Source: Chrysomallon squamiferum
Taxonomy: Eukaryota > Animalia > Mollusca
Direction: 5' to 3'
DNA: 64,000 bases
Assembly: GCA_012295275.1 (NCBI GenBank)
Contig: CM022673.1
Location: 21,452,001-21,516,000, forward strand
The position numbers were made by a program, and so were the translations under genes. Positions 1 to 14,582 of this stretch are shown here, one piece after another (the first letter of the stretch is position 1; each line of letters begins with the position of its first letter). The notes under the pieces were generated by a model that saw nothing but the letters and a program-made list of their open reading frames with translations, did no database searches and was not told the origin of the DNA.

Positions 1-483
1 TCAAAATGTTCTATTGCTGAAATTAACGAATTCATAAAGAATAAATCAGCATCAGCGTATGCATTCAGAATATTTCTGTCTGTCTGTCTATCTTATATGT
101 TCATTTGTCAGTTAATCTCACTCTCTCTATCTGGCAGTATATATGTCTGTACATATTTATGACTGTCTGTCTCTGTGTACATCTATCTGTCGATGTATCT
201 ATCTATTTATTTATCTATCTGTCTTCTGCCTGTTTATTCGACATGGTATATGTTTTTAAAGACATACACACAACATACGCACACACATACAGACATGTAC
301 ACATATATGAGAAGATGTTTGACCATACTTTTATTCATTTTTCTGATCTTAACACTCTACTTGTCATTATTTGTCTGCTATTGTAATTAATTCATTTCTT
401 AAGATGACTAGTTTTGTTTATATATACACTATAAGGTCTGATAAGTTCACACTGTAGAATGTATTTCTCGTGACAACATTTAG

Positions 484-707
484 GTCTGGCCTGGCCTGTT
501 TGCGAAATGCGCTACCACGGGATGAGGTTGTGGCGAACGTGAGCGGAGAGATGCCCGGGCAGCTTGACACACCAGACGAACAATGCAAACACTTCTTCGG
601 AGATGAATCCTACATGTGTAGGGTGAGTCAGCAAAGAAAACAGAAAGCGCTTTTACAGAAATGTGTTTATTTGTATGTGTATATGAATACAGATATGCAT
701 ATATATA

Positions 708-744
<37 letters not shown>

Positions 745-1271
745 ATATATGTATGTATATATGCATATATGTATAGATCTATGTATGTATGTACATGTGT
801 TTGTGTATGTTTGTATACGTACGTAAATATTATGTTTATATACGTGTGTATTATATTTTGTGTTTTTTATTTTGTATTATTTATAGCTTGTCTCACACAT
901 ATACACACACACATTTGGGTGTTTATGTGTTCAGTTTGTTTTCATTTGTAAGAGTATTTCTGTTGAATCATTTTGATTATGATTCGTTTTAAATTTATTT
1001 ATTTACATATATTTTCATACTCTTTATTTTGCTTATTAATTTATTTATTTATGACTTTCTTTTGTTATTTTGATTTATTACGAAATTACTTATTTACATA
1101 TTTATTCATAAAATGAACATAAATCTTTTTTACTTACCATATACATAACTGTTTTAGATGGAATAATATATATATATATATATATATATATTTTTTAATC
1201 TTAGTGAGATTATCTTAAATATTTAAATAAATTTAGTAAAATATACTATCGATTAAACGCACGCACACATA

Positions 1272-1308
<37 letters not shown>

Positions 1309-1507
1309 ACACCCCCACACACACATATATGTAAAACTGAATACTTTTTCATCCAGACTTGTAATTTCTATTACGATCGACGTACATTTAATAAGTCTAA
1401 TTAAATTACAATTTAAAATATGATTACTACACTTTAAAATATTTCATACAGTATAATTACATTGTTAGTAAAAATAATAAAATTAATTTAAAAAAAAATA
1501 AAAATAA

Positions 1508-1544
<37 letters not shown>

Positions 1545-3654
1545 TGAAATATAAAATTTTTTAAATGTTATTAAATCAGTTTTAACATATTTGTTCTACA
1601 GGGTGAAAACTTCCCAGTGAAGGCTGTTTGTAGATCGCTGTTTTGCTCTAAGCCAGGGGACAGTCAGACTTGTGTGGGCATCGCATCTGCTCGAGGAACT
1701 TCGTGCGGAAATAAGAAGGCGAGTGAATTATTCATTCATCCATTATTTCAATCATTCATTCGTTCATTCATTAGTGTTTGTTTGTTCGATTGTTTCAAAT
1801 CGGTATGCATATTGTTCACATTATAAAATCAACACAGTTCTGGAAAAGTATTACATGGAATTAATACCGGGAGAATGTTTAATAAAGAAAAAAAACAAAA
1901 AGAAATGATTGATTGATGCTATTTGCAAATATTCTTTTCTTACAGTGGTGTCTAAATGGTCAGTGTGAATATAACGAGAAGGCACCGGAAAAACTAGGTA
2001 GACGAACTGTCTCACTTTAAGGCTTAACGAATTTTCTATGGACAGAGTTAATAATATATGTATATAAAGCTCAATTCACTGAATGCAGGATATACAAATC
2101 TCTGTCATGAATAAATCGTTAATAAATTCACTGAATGCAGGATACAAAAACCTCAGTCACGAATAAAACACTAATTAATTCATTGAATGCAGGATACAAA
2201 AACCTCAGTCACGAATAAAACACTAATTAATTCATTGAATACAGGATACATAAACCTCTGTCATGAATAAAACACTAATTAATTCATTGAATGCAGGATA
2301 CAAAAACCTCTGTCATGAATAAAACACTAAGTAATTCATTGAATACAGGATACATAAACCTCTGTCATGAATAAAACATTAAGTAATTCATTGAATGCAG
2401 GATACAAAAACCTCTGTCATGAATAAAACACTAAGTAATTCATTGAATGCAGGATACAAAAACCTCTGTCATGAATAAAACACTAATTAATTCATTGAAT
2501 GCAGGATACAAAAACCTCTGTCATGAATAAAACACTAATTAATTCATTGAATGCAGGATACAAAAACCTCTGTCATGAATAAAACACTAATTAATTCATT
2601 GAATGCAGGATACAAAAACCTCTGTCATGAATAAAACACTAAGTAATTCATTGAATGCAGGATACATAAACCTCTGTCGTGAAATACACTTTTGTCATGT
2701 TTCAGAGAACTGTCCTCTAGGTCAGCATCCTGGCATCCTCGATCAAAACAGAACGTGCCAACAGCTCGTGGACGACAAAATACATAGTTGCTATGACAAC
2801 AACTTCAGAATTCGCTGTTGTGAATCTTGCGTTCCTACCTCAATTCCAGGTATTTAAAAGTAATTTCTAGCCGACTCTTTGTCCTTTCTTCCGTATCTCT
2901 GTCAGTTTAGTTCTGCTTATATACAATTATAATTGTTTATACAGGTATGAAAAGAATAAATATATTTAGTTACTTTGTTAGCTCGTTATATATCTGTTTT
3001 CAGTAAAATCTGTATTCTGTATCAATTTGCTATATGCATGCATTATGTATGCATATACATACATCCATACATCCATATATACATACATACATCCATATAT
3101 ACATACATACATACATATATACCTACCTTACTACCTACATAGGTACGTATCAACATACATACATTCATACATTCGTACATCTATATATCCATATATACAT
3201 GAATACATGCCTTTTACATGCGCACCTACTCTAACAATCACAGACAGTATCTTTATTTATAGACTGCATGTACGGCGACAAAGTAAACGGATGTCAACAT
3301 ATTCACTGTCTAAACGAAACGACCCGACGTCTTTGTTGTCAAACATGCTACGAATTCAAACCACCTACTCCTAGTGCCATGCCAACGACTCCTAGTATCA
3401 CGCCAACGACTCCTGACAATAAGCAACCAAACATGACTGAAGCTGATAAAAAGTGTTCTGAAAAGAGCGACTGGCATAAATCTCAGTGCTATGAAAAGAA
3501 GGTTTACAAGAACTGCGCAGAAACATGTGACACTCTGAAGAACGAAGTATACAAAGGTAGTAACTGAAAAAAAAAGAAAAAAAAGAAGAAGAAAAGTCTA
3601 TATATTTTATTTAGCGACAGAGTCAACACAGTTATTTCTTAGGTTTTAATGCAG

Positions 3655-3724
<70 letters not shown>

Positions 3725-4159
3725 ACACACACGCACAGACACACACACACAGATAAGCATTACAGTATGGTTTTATTTGTATACGCAAACTGCCTACTGC
3801 ATACAATGCTGATTTATCGGTTAATCCCATCATTATGATTTGCATAAATAAATTACAGTATTTTTACCAAAATTTAATAATTGATTTACTTTTTTGTTTT
3901 GCTCTTTTCAGGCTGTGCTTGGGGAGACAGAAAACCTCTTCAGTGTTCCACAATCAGAGCTTTTAAACCTGGATCTGTGTGCGCCAGAACTGTAGAGTAT
4001 TACTGCTGTGAAATGTGTGGGAATCAAAAGAGTAAAACACTAATCAGAAAACCAGTTCCAACCCGAGAACCAACAAACACTGCCAAACCAGCAATTGCAG
4101 ACAAACTGATTATTTCAACAGTGTTTTTTGTAATGTGGTCTCTTCATAACTTAAAATAA
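484..4159 (+). CDS. ADAMTS-like/reprolysin-family protein, paralog A, 3' part only (disintegrin-like/Cys-rich domain, 4 PLAC-like modules, hydrophobic C-terminus); 5' exons lie before the window
   Basis: In-frame exons 484-622, 1602-1718, 1946-1997, 2706-2849, 3263-3556, 3912-4159(TAA). Peptides MPGQLDTPDEQCK, GTSCGNKK|WCLNGQC (ADAMTS disintegrin-like), modules ending CCESC, CCQTC, CAETC, CCEMC. Exon sizes and phases mirror paralog B. AATAAA at 4302-4307. Confidence 0.88.
2073..2690. repeat. 52-bp minisatellite, about 12 copies, intronic
   Basis: Unit AATTCATTGAATGCAGGATACAAAAACCTCTGTCATGAATAAAACACTAATT recurs at 2073, 2125, 2177 ... 2645. Confidence 0.97.
3656..3750. repeat. (CA)n microsatellite
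   Basis: Directly visible; source of the spurious CVCV ORF. Confidence 0.97.
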
Positions 4160-4962
4160 TACAGTTCAGTGACATGGGTAATTTTACAGCTTATTTGTAG
4201 CAGATGATTATTCAAGCATGTTTATCGTGTGTTGCATTCCCTCTTTTTAAAAATCATGTTTTTAGGGTAGGTACATATCATCGTGATAAAAGTATGTTCG
4301 CAATAAAAGTGTATTCTACGTGCAGATTATGTTTATTATATAATTTACTTATATGATCAAGAGTCTGAGTTTTAAAAGTGTGTCGCGAAATAAATGTCCG
4401 CCGACATCATTTTCTGAACTGTTACTGAAACTATACTTGTTAAAACGTGAATGTTCTACACTGAGGGAAGACAAATTGCAGACAGAGAGATTTTTTGTTT
4501 TTTCACTTATTAGAACTGTAAATAAATAACGTTTTGCTGGTGTCTTTATAACAAGAATATTGTTAAAAAAGCTGGGGTTTTAAAAATAATAATAATAATC
4601 ATCATTATCATCATCATTGATAAGAAAAATAATATAATCAGAAATCTTAACTTTCGCAGAAAATAAAATACTGAAATTAACTTTGAAGTTTGTATTTTTA
4701 TTTGTATGACGGCTGAAAACACGATGCTTATTTGATGATAATATTTGTTCAATCAAAACGTAACACAGCCCATTTAACAATTAATAAACAAATCTTATCC
4801 AGATTTTCATAAGCTTTATGATTATTATTATTTTAAATTAAAATGAAAGACTTGATGAAAATAATAATTTATTGACGGCAATTTTCAAACATATATACAT
4901 CATATTTTAAACCACTCACGACTACAATATTCAACAGTTGGTTAGAAAAGAAAATAATACTC

Positions 4963-6241
4963 TCAACAGCAAGTTAGTTTTATCTCACAAATAGTATTTA
5001 CTAGCAGAAAAAACAAACATGCTGTGAGCATTATCAGGTTTGGAGAGTAGTTCATTCCAGAGTTATGTCCCTTAGTACTGTCAGTTGTGTCGTCTCTGAC
5101 ATCAGGCTTTTCTGATTTATCGTTCTTGTCGCAGCTTGCACAACACACCTTCCTCATCGTCTGCGAACAGACTGAAAATTTGACAACTGACAGACTCTTG
5201 CATTCTTTCGGTTTCTGGTCACCCCACGGACAATCTGATAAACAAAAATCGTGCAATTAACGTTGGAAAAGCAGAGGCCGTCGGCACGATTACTGTGACG
5301 AAAATAACTTTCGAAATGAAAGAAACAGATCTGTACATTATAAACCTAACAGTTTGATCTGGAAAAAGCTCTATGAAAATGTTTTAGATTTATTTTTAAT
5401 TATTTGTATTTTTATGTTCACCATAAATAGGTCATATCGACTTTCTCATTTGTTATCAGTTTTACCAAACAAAATACATTCGTAATAGATAAATAAATAT
5501 ATATCTAGATCTATATACAGAGAAATACTCAATCCGTGGTATACAGAATCAAGAGACGAATTCAAGATTAAAAAATGGTGGCGTCTTAGATACAAAATGC
5601 AAGTTGAAGAACAAGAGTAAGAATGAAAAGGTGAAAAAAAAGATGACAACAAAAAATAATAAATTTTTATGTTTAGACAAAGTCAAAACCATCTTACCTT
5701 TATCTGTATTTATCTTCAGCGTTTCACAAGTTTTACAACAACGTCGCAAAACCTCGTTGTCGTAACACGCGTGTCTTCCTATACTGTTCACATGCTGCAC
5801 ACACGGCTTGTTATCAATCAAAGAATAGTCCATGCAGTCTTCTCCTTCAACAAATGCTGGCGTAGACGACGTATATCTAATTGTTGGTGTTGTTGTACTT
5901 GTTATGCGAGGTTTATAATTGCATACACCACAGCAGTTGACGTCATATAAGCTGCCGTCTTCGAATTTACGACCGCAGTAAGCTTCATTGCACTGGAGAA
6001 CTCGATCTCCAAATTCACAACCTGAAGAGAGAAAGTTTAAACTGACTGCCAGATGTCTACAAGCAGTTGCTCATTTCTCACTAAATTGTTTCAGCAATTT
6101 ATCCGCTTTTTAGTATTATTCTGTAAGTTTTAAAACAAAGTGTATTTGTTTTTCATTAGTGAATCTAATAATAAGAGTTAAACAAACAAACATAATAAAT
6201 AAATAAATAAATAATAAAAGCTTTTCTATTAAGTTTGATTC

Positions 6242-6318
<77 letters not shown>

Positions 6319-9259
6319 ATAAATAAAAATAAAATAAAATAATAAATAAATAAATAAATGATTGTGAACTTTTTTTTTCTTTTTCTTTTTAAATATCTAT
6401 TCTAGTTTACTGAACTGACCTGGGACTCCGGTGTATTTGGTACTACAAGAATTACAACATCTCAGTTTGAAGTCGTCCATGTAGCAGTAGCCTGCTGCCT
6501 CCGACACCATCTGTTGACAAGTTCTGTTTTTCATCACTATCCCAGTCTGGTCCCCGAACAGACATTCATCTTTAAACACAGAACGAACACTGACATATTT
6601 ATTTCTATCGCAGACAACACATTTATATTTCTGTACAGTGTGGAACCTGTTGTCTTTTTAATGTACAGCAAGTTACAATCTAAGCCGGCTTTAGGTACAA
6701 GCTAAGCAACCTACATCTTAGGGACTGACAGTCAATACTGGGGCCTGAAGAAGATTCCACATTTGGTTTTATAATAATTTCTAATATTTAAACCTAACCA
6801 GTAAGTACATTCATTTGAAAATAATTTGTATTGTTCACTTTGCTATTAAATAATTAAAAGACATATATTTTCAAGTTCTCTGAGACCAGCTGGTGTAATT
6901 AAAAAAAAAATCACCAAGTTAAATCCAACACTGGTTATGACCTAAGACTTGACTACATGTTGCCCTTGACAACTATTTCCCGTTACAGCCAGTGTATCAC
7001 GTCAGGTTTATCCAACGCGAGATTTGCACTTTGCTCATTATAGTAAGTGTGTATTAAGTAATAGTAAGCAAATATTTAAAGATTATAAATGTTAATGAAA
7101 CATACCATCTGTCATTGGAGCATTTTTGTCGTAGACACACATACCATTAATACACCACTGTAAAAGATTATATAAAACATCAGCAGAGAATAACAAAATG
7201 AGGTACAATTCTTTATTATTATTACTATTGTTTAATTTTTATTTATTTTTTATTTATTTCTTTATTAAAAATGAATTTTGTATTCTTTATATTTTATTTA
7301 TTTATTATTATTATTATCATCATTATTATTATTATTACTTTTTTTTTACATATTTATTAATAATGAGTTAAAAAAAATTAATTATAAATTGACTTTTAAG
7401 TTAAAAATAAGCCGAACTTATAGAAAAATTCAGCATTTAGAAACAAATCTTTATGGATACCGCTATATCAGTCCACAAATAACCAATATTTGTTATTTCT
7501 CCTGTGCCTGCAAACAAACATTTCAAGAAGATAAATAAATAAATAAATAAATGAATAAATAAGTAAATAAATAAATAAATAAGTAAATGAATAAATAAGT
7601 AAATAAATACCATTTTGTTTGCGCATGTTGTTCCTCGTGCCGCAGTGTGTAGAATACATTTGTTTTCGGTTGTAGGATTTCGGCAAAACATTGCTCTACA
7701 GATGTCACTCTCGCCTCCGAAGTTCTTACCCTGAAACCAGATTATTTAATAATGCAGCAACATAACATATCTGTCACGTTTCTCTTTCACTGCTATTTGT
7801 AAAATAAACGTCTACAATTCTACGAAAGATGTCTTAAATGAAACGTAAGAATTGTGTGGCTTCCAAATGTACCATTCTTTAAAATGTATCAGAATAGACA
7901 GAAATTGATGATTACTTACAATGATCACCAAATACAGTGCTTGTCTTTTTAAATATATTATTTAAAATTAACTATTTCTTAATTCTACAAATGGTTTGTA
8001 GAATGTGTCTATGGGAAGGTACCTAATTTCTGCTTATTGAAAAAGAATGGACTTCATTTTATTTTCTCATTATATGTATTGTCCTTAACCATATGTCTGG
8101 TGCCATATAATCTGTCTATTACAATGTGTTGAACGTGTTGTAAAATGAAATATTTATTTATTTTTTTTTTTTATTTTTTTAGTTAATCATTATATTAGTT
8201 ACTATAATATTAGAGTCTATTAATTTAGAGTTGATTTTGGAAATTATTTTGACATACTCTGCACATGTATGACTGGTTGCCATACATCTGTCTGCACTGT
8301 TCGTCTGGCTTCAGGAGCTGTCCTGGCATCTGATTGGACACGTCTGGCACGTCCACTGGATTTATTTTATTTTTAAGGCAAGCCCCTTCTGTCCTAACAA
8401 AATACAATTCAGTTTACACAATGAACAACATTTTATTCAAGACATATTTTAAAAACATACTGTTATGCATTTAGAAAAATAAATCTGTTATAAAACTGAA
8501 CTCACATTAAAAATAGATTTTATGATAGTAACATAGACAGCCTTTATGTAGAAAAAACAACAACAAAAAAAACCCCAGAAAACGAAAAATACTTATGTGT
8601 AATAAATATGAGATAAAGTTCGAACAAGAAAATATTAACATGTTAATATAACTATTGTAAAATAATCTGTTTTAAATGCAGATGTTGATATTTTTGGTTT
8701 TGATTTTGACTATTTCCATCAAGTATTATTTACAATATTGTAAGTCAAATAAATTCAATGAATAATTTGTTCAATCATGTTTGCGATTTTAATTATTTCA
8801 GTCTTTCTTTCTGACATAAGTGTGTTTCTGATTAAGAGCTACAGAGCCGAGGACTCACGTTCTGTTGAGCATGGTGTGTATGTACTGAGTGAAGTAGCTC
8901 ACTGAGCAGGGCGAGAAGTGCCAGGGGTTGTAGCGATTGGCCACGCTCGCGCTGAACGAAGCACCCGCCATAATGTATCGATCACGTGGTGTGCATGTGT
9001 TGTTGTCGCCGTCGTGTTCAGCCCCTAAGCTGAAAAAGAAGTGAAAAATCAAATACATCATCTGTCTAACAGTGTTGGTTTTGATTTGATTTTATTTAAA
9101 ATGTAATTGTTGTTGTTGTTGTTCTTCTTATTATTATTATGATTATTGTTATTATTATTATTATTATGATTATGATTATGATGATTATGATTATGATTAT
9201 GATTATTATTATTATTATTATTATGATTATGATTGTTATGATTCTTATTATTATTACTA

Positions 9260-9290
<31 letters not shown>

Positions 9291-11418
9291 TACTATTATT
9301 ATTATTATTGTTGTTGTTATCATCACCTGTGGCCGAGCTCGTGCGCTGCTGTGGCGACGCTCTGGAAGCCGCCGTGGTCCTCTACGACAGACACACTCCG
9401 CCCCCGTCCCTGACACATCGTGCCGATAAACGCCAAACCTGGGAAACAAACACTGTCTTTATAAACACTGAACTAACAAGCCTTCACTTATAACTCAAAT
9501 CAAAATCTAAGTTTATAGTTATTTCAAAATGTATATTCCTGATTGTTTAATCAATTAATAAAAAAATCATCTGGTTTTATTCTGTAGCAATGTGGTTTTA
9601 TTAATCAACCTGTCGTGTAATTTGAACCACCATCATCGCCAAAAAGATCGTATCTGAAAGCAGAAAGAAAAGATAAATTTATCTTTCTGAAAAATTAATT
9701 ACGTACAAAAACATCTCAAAACATTTAATTAACAATTATACCTCACAGGATAACAAATAAACTATATATTTATCTAGGGCCCTGGTTGGAACGTACAGTG
9801 AAAGCCTCGATAAGGACTGAACGTAGAACCTACTGTGCTTCAGGCTTACGTTCTAACCACAGAACGACTACTGTTTAAAGTACCAGCCAGTAACCTCAGT
9901 CGTAACCCAAAAGTAATCGGCATTTTTAAATTAATAGATTTCTTGTTCTGAATCTCCCGCTTCTTACCCCACAAAGGATACGTTCACAGGACGCAAGCAA
10001 ACATTAGTAACATGAACACCATGTTTAACCTTTTAGACAATAGTTAGAACTTTTACCCAGTGAACAACATAACGTGATCGTGTGCAGGAAGCTGGGTGCT
10101 GTTCACCCAGTCTTTGAGAGATTCGAGCACTTTGTCAGCACTCAGCTGAAGCTTGCCGTCCACAGTCTGCTTGTTCAACTCCGTCCAAGGGGAGGTTTCA
10201 GGTGACTTTATGAAAACAAAAACATTACAAATATAAATGTATGTCATTGTGTATGTATATAAATATATGTTTGACTGTATATTATATAAGCGTGTCTTTC
10301 TGAGGGTTCATCCGTCTGTTTTTGTATGCTCTATGAGTATAAATACGTACGTACGTAGGTATGTTTGTATGCATATATATATATATGTATGTTTTCTGTG
10401 TGTACATATTTCATATGAGTACATTTTACATCAGAACTACTGTAGTGAAAAAGATATATATATATATAACTTTACCTGGGACACGATATAACCTACTAAA
10501 TGTACGTTAATTTTGTAACCATCAATCACTACACTTTTGTAGCGCAAATTCACCTGAAACCAGAAACAGTCTAATTACAAGAACTTTCTAGTTAAAACGT
10601 TGTATTTTAAACTAACTTACAGCTCAGAACTGATTAGAATGTTTTTAAAATGTTACTTAAACTTATTTCGTTCAGATGTTACTATTGAAAGATGTTTTAA
10701 TTCATTAAGAATATTTACAATAGCAGACGATAAGAATTTACATCTTATTATGAATATTATTTTTCTTGTGAAACTAATGAGAATTGTTATATAGGTTAAC
10801 GTTTTACTCACATACATTAATAATCGCTATCGCTCCGTCTCACACAAACTACGCGCACGCACACACGTACACCATCACACGTAAATTTAAGTTTCTTACT
10901 CCATTTATGACGTGGGCAAAATATTTTCTGATATTGACAAACGTTTCTTCCTTGTTAGCACTCCTTGATAACCAGCTGTAAGTAAAACGCATTTACTTTT
11001 ATAAATAATTGTCATTAACATAAATAAATGAGAGAAAAAAATAGAAGAAAAAAGATGTTTTAGTAGCATTTCACTGCGGTAGTCTCTCTCTCGCTCTGTT
11101 TTCACACACACACACACACACACCTACACACACACACATACGCACATACACACACATACACACATACACACACATACACACATACACACACATACACACA
11201 TATACATACACCCCCACATACACATACACACACATATACACACACATGGACACGGACACACACACACATACACCCCAACATACACATACATACACACACA
11301 TACACACACATGGACACGGACACACACAGACACACGGACACGCACGCAAACACACTATCTCTCCTTTCCCTCCCTCTCACTCTCTTATACACACACACAC
11401 ACACACATACACACTCTT

Positions 11419-11489
<71 letters not shown>

Positions 11490-12757
11490 GTCTCTGTCTC
11501 TGTCTCTGTGTCTCTCTGGAAGAAATATTAGATGTATATTTATACTCACTCACGGAAGACTCTGTAGTCGACTACAACGAGGACGTCGACGTTGTATTCC
11601 GGCATTTGAAGATTTTCACGACGAAAACGTGACCTAAATTTGTGTTTATAATGTCTTTGATTTTCAATACCTACAAAATAATAAAACTATGAAAATCCTT
11701 TTTGTGGTCACTAAATCATGATTCTTTGTTATAAAAATACATCACAGAAATGCAGGCAAAAATAAAAATGATTATACCAAATTTCAATGGACAGTCTTTA
11801 TTTTGATAAATAGATTGGAAAATCCATCCTGATCTGTGCTGTATCCAGTTCCAACCAGAATGGCTTATAAAAGATCGTAGCATGTATGATTATACAAAAG
11901 ATTTCTTCTTGCTAGTAGAAAATAATAAGACAGTTTCATGTCAATATTTCTCAATATAGTGCTACCTTGACTTACGAGTTTAATTCGTTTCGTGACCGAG
12001 CTCGTAACTCAATTTGCTCGTATATCAAATCAATTTTCACAAATGAAATTAATTAGAATACCGTTAATTCTTTCCAGCCCCCCCAAAACCACCACTAACC
12101 TAACACACCGCTGTCAAAGAATCTCTTTTGTTTGTATTGAGACACTTGTTGCTTCTTCTTTTGCTCAGTGACATTCGTTGGCTGAAGATGGTATTCAGTA
12201 CCGTTGATATACAAGGTGCCTTCCTGAAGAAAACAAAATTATCTGACAGTCCCAGGAAGAATGACATGCATATAGATTATTTTAAAGATACAAACCTTAG
12301 AACAGTTTTATTAACCGCATAAACATTAGTATGAATTTGTGCCTTAAAACTTGATATACATACATATGTATGTACGAATTTGTGTGTGCATGTGTAACTG
12401 TGTGTGTCTGTGAATGTATGTATATATGTGTGTGTGTGTGTGTATGTGTATATATACACACATACACAAGTACACATACAAGTATATATAAATATATTTA
12501 CAAAGGTGCGTTTGTGGGTATTTATTATGACAAGGACTACATTTCCAGAACAGCTTCTATAAACATAAATGTACGTGACTGGACGTCGTGTATTTAAATA
12601 ATACTTTCTCTCTCCAGTTGACATAATCCTACAAATCATTTCATGGCACGTTTATTTACTTACAAACTTAAATCTTTTTCTGCTTCTTTTATTTGATAAT
12701 AAACATTTTGCTGCAATTGAAGCCCCATTTAGATCGTCTTGATACTCGGCAAAATCC

Positions 12758-12819
<62 letters not shown>

Positions 12820-13513
12820 TAGTAATAATAATAGTAATGGTAATAGCAATCGTAGTAATAAATAGATAGATAATCATAGACCAAAAGAAATAACGATTGA
12901 TAAATAGATAAATATATAAACAAAAGGAAACAGAAATATATATATACACACACACACAGAGATACATGTATTTAAAAATAAATGGATACATTTAACAGAC
13001 AAAAGACACACCACTGACACACAGGCAGAATGATAAATAGTAGTACAGACTGACAAACACAAAAGTTAAACAGACATACTGACATACATAGAAAATCATA
13101 GCCTAAACGAGAACAAGAACGATAATTCTTCTCACAATTATTTTTGGTTGGTTCCCTTTAGTAACTCGGAATTTGTTATTTGTCTTTATCACCCAGAACA
13201 CAGGAGCGTTTATGTCAACATCTTTTGTTTTATGTAAGTGTAATGTCACAGCCGACTTGTAAACAGAAATGTTCAGCTTTAACGTAAACGGCATCTGACA
13301 GATCCCGCGATCGAGGACTCCTGGGTCAAAAGTCACAGAGGTCACTTTACCTGAATATAAAGAAAAAAAAATACAAACGTAAATCCAAGAAATTAACTGC
13401 TATTCTCGAAAATGTTACACTTACCTTTATTGTTATTCTGGTAAACAAAAAAGCTCGAATTAGTAAAATGGATGCGAAAATAACTGTTAACCGATGTTGT
13501 TATCATCATCATA

Positions 13514-13544
<31 letters not shown>

Positions 13545-14516
13545 TTTTTTATTTTTTTTATTTTTTTTTTTTTTTTTTTTTTTTTTTTGGCTTCGTGCAT
13601 AGGATAAAGTAATGTAAAACTGGGGTTAGGGTTTCGAAAAAATAATATCAATAGCGTATAACTGAATTGAACCATTGTGCTACTTTCACTTTCACTACAA
13701 CGTAAACATGACGACTGGCATGACGTGCACGAACCCGACTTTTGATTTTTAAAGAAAATGGTAAAAACAAAACGTAACACACTTTCGAACTGGGATGCCG
13801 CAAGATTCTGTCGCGATACTGAACAGGCTGGGAATCTGTGCTTTACAGGGTTCTCAAAGTGACATTAAAACTCCTTACAGTGCATTTCTCATACAAAATA
13901 ATACAAATATTCAAATAATGTTTCCTGGCTTACGTGTGTAGCTGTTTTAACACTAATATCAAATACTGATATGAACGTGGTATGTGCTGTCTTGCCTGTG
14001 AAAACTGACATGTGAATCTTAATTGGTGGTTGTTTCTTCTCATACGTCACCACTGTAACTTGTAGAAAATTCAAAATAAATTTAATATATATGTGTGTTT
14101 CTGTGTTTCAGATCTGATTAATTAATTTCATCAAAACTACGTTCATCACTTTTAGATTACTGATGTCCTAATCAGTTTTGAAACTCTAAAACCGGAGCCG
14201 TTGATAAAAGCGAGCTGTTTCATTTCATTTTCTTAAGTTAGTGGAAACCATATCTCCCACCAAACGCATTACATTGTCTTTTCCACTGAGTAACAGACGT
14301 GAATGTTGAGCACAGTTGTATGACACGAATCTAGGACCAGACAAATGTACCAACCCTGGGGCAATGCGTGACAGTTTATTTATATATATATAAATTTGTC
14401 ACCTTGTTTAACCAGAGTAACGCACGTTTCAGAGACGTCCTTATATTACTTTACATGTTGTAATATCCTGATGTCCCCTATCAGTCAGTAACATTACAGT
14501 ATCAAGCTACACATGA

Positions 14517-14582
<66 letters not shown>

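Noticed and set aside
105-992. ORFs rich in C/V/Y/M/I (also at 3027-3845, 9096-9449, 11071-11632, 15935-16276, 18167-18610, 21377-21583, 59868-60204)
   Set aside because: Translations of microsatellites. The genuine exons they overlap are assigned to the spliced genes.
2073-2690. 52-bp and 71-bp (61717-62419) arrays as CRISPR-like loci
   Set aside because: Head-to-tail units with no unique spacers, no cas genes, and a eukaryotic intronic context.
13487-13780. [13 protein letters not shown] as the signal peptide of protease B
   Set aside because: No usable donor, and it runs into poly(A)/(AAT)n. The exon at 19990-19921 has a better signal peptide and a phase-matched GTAAGA donor.
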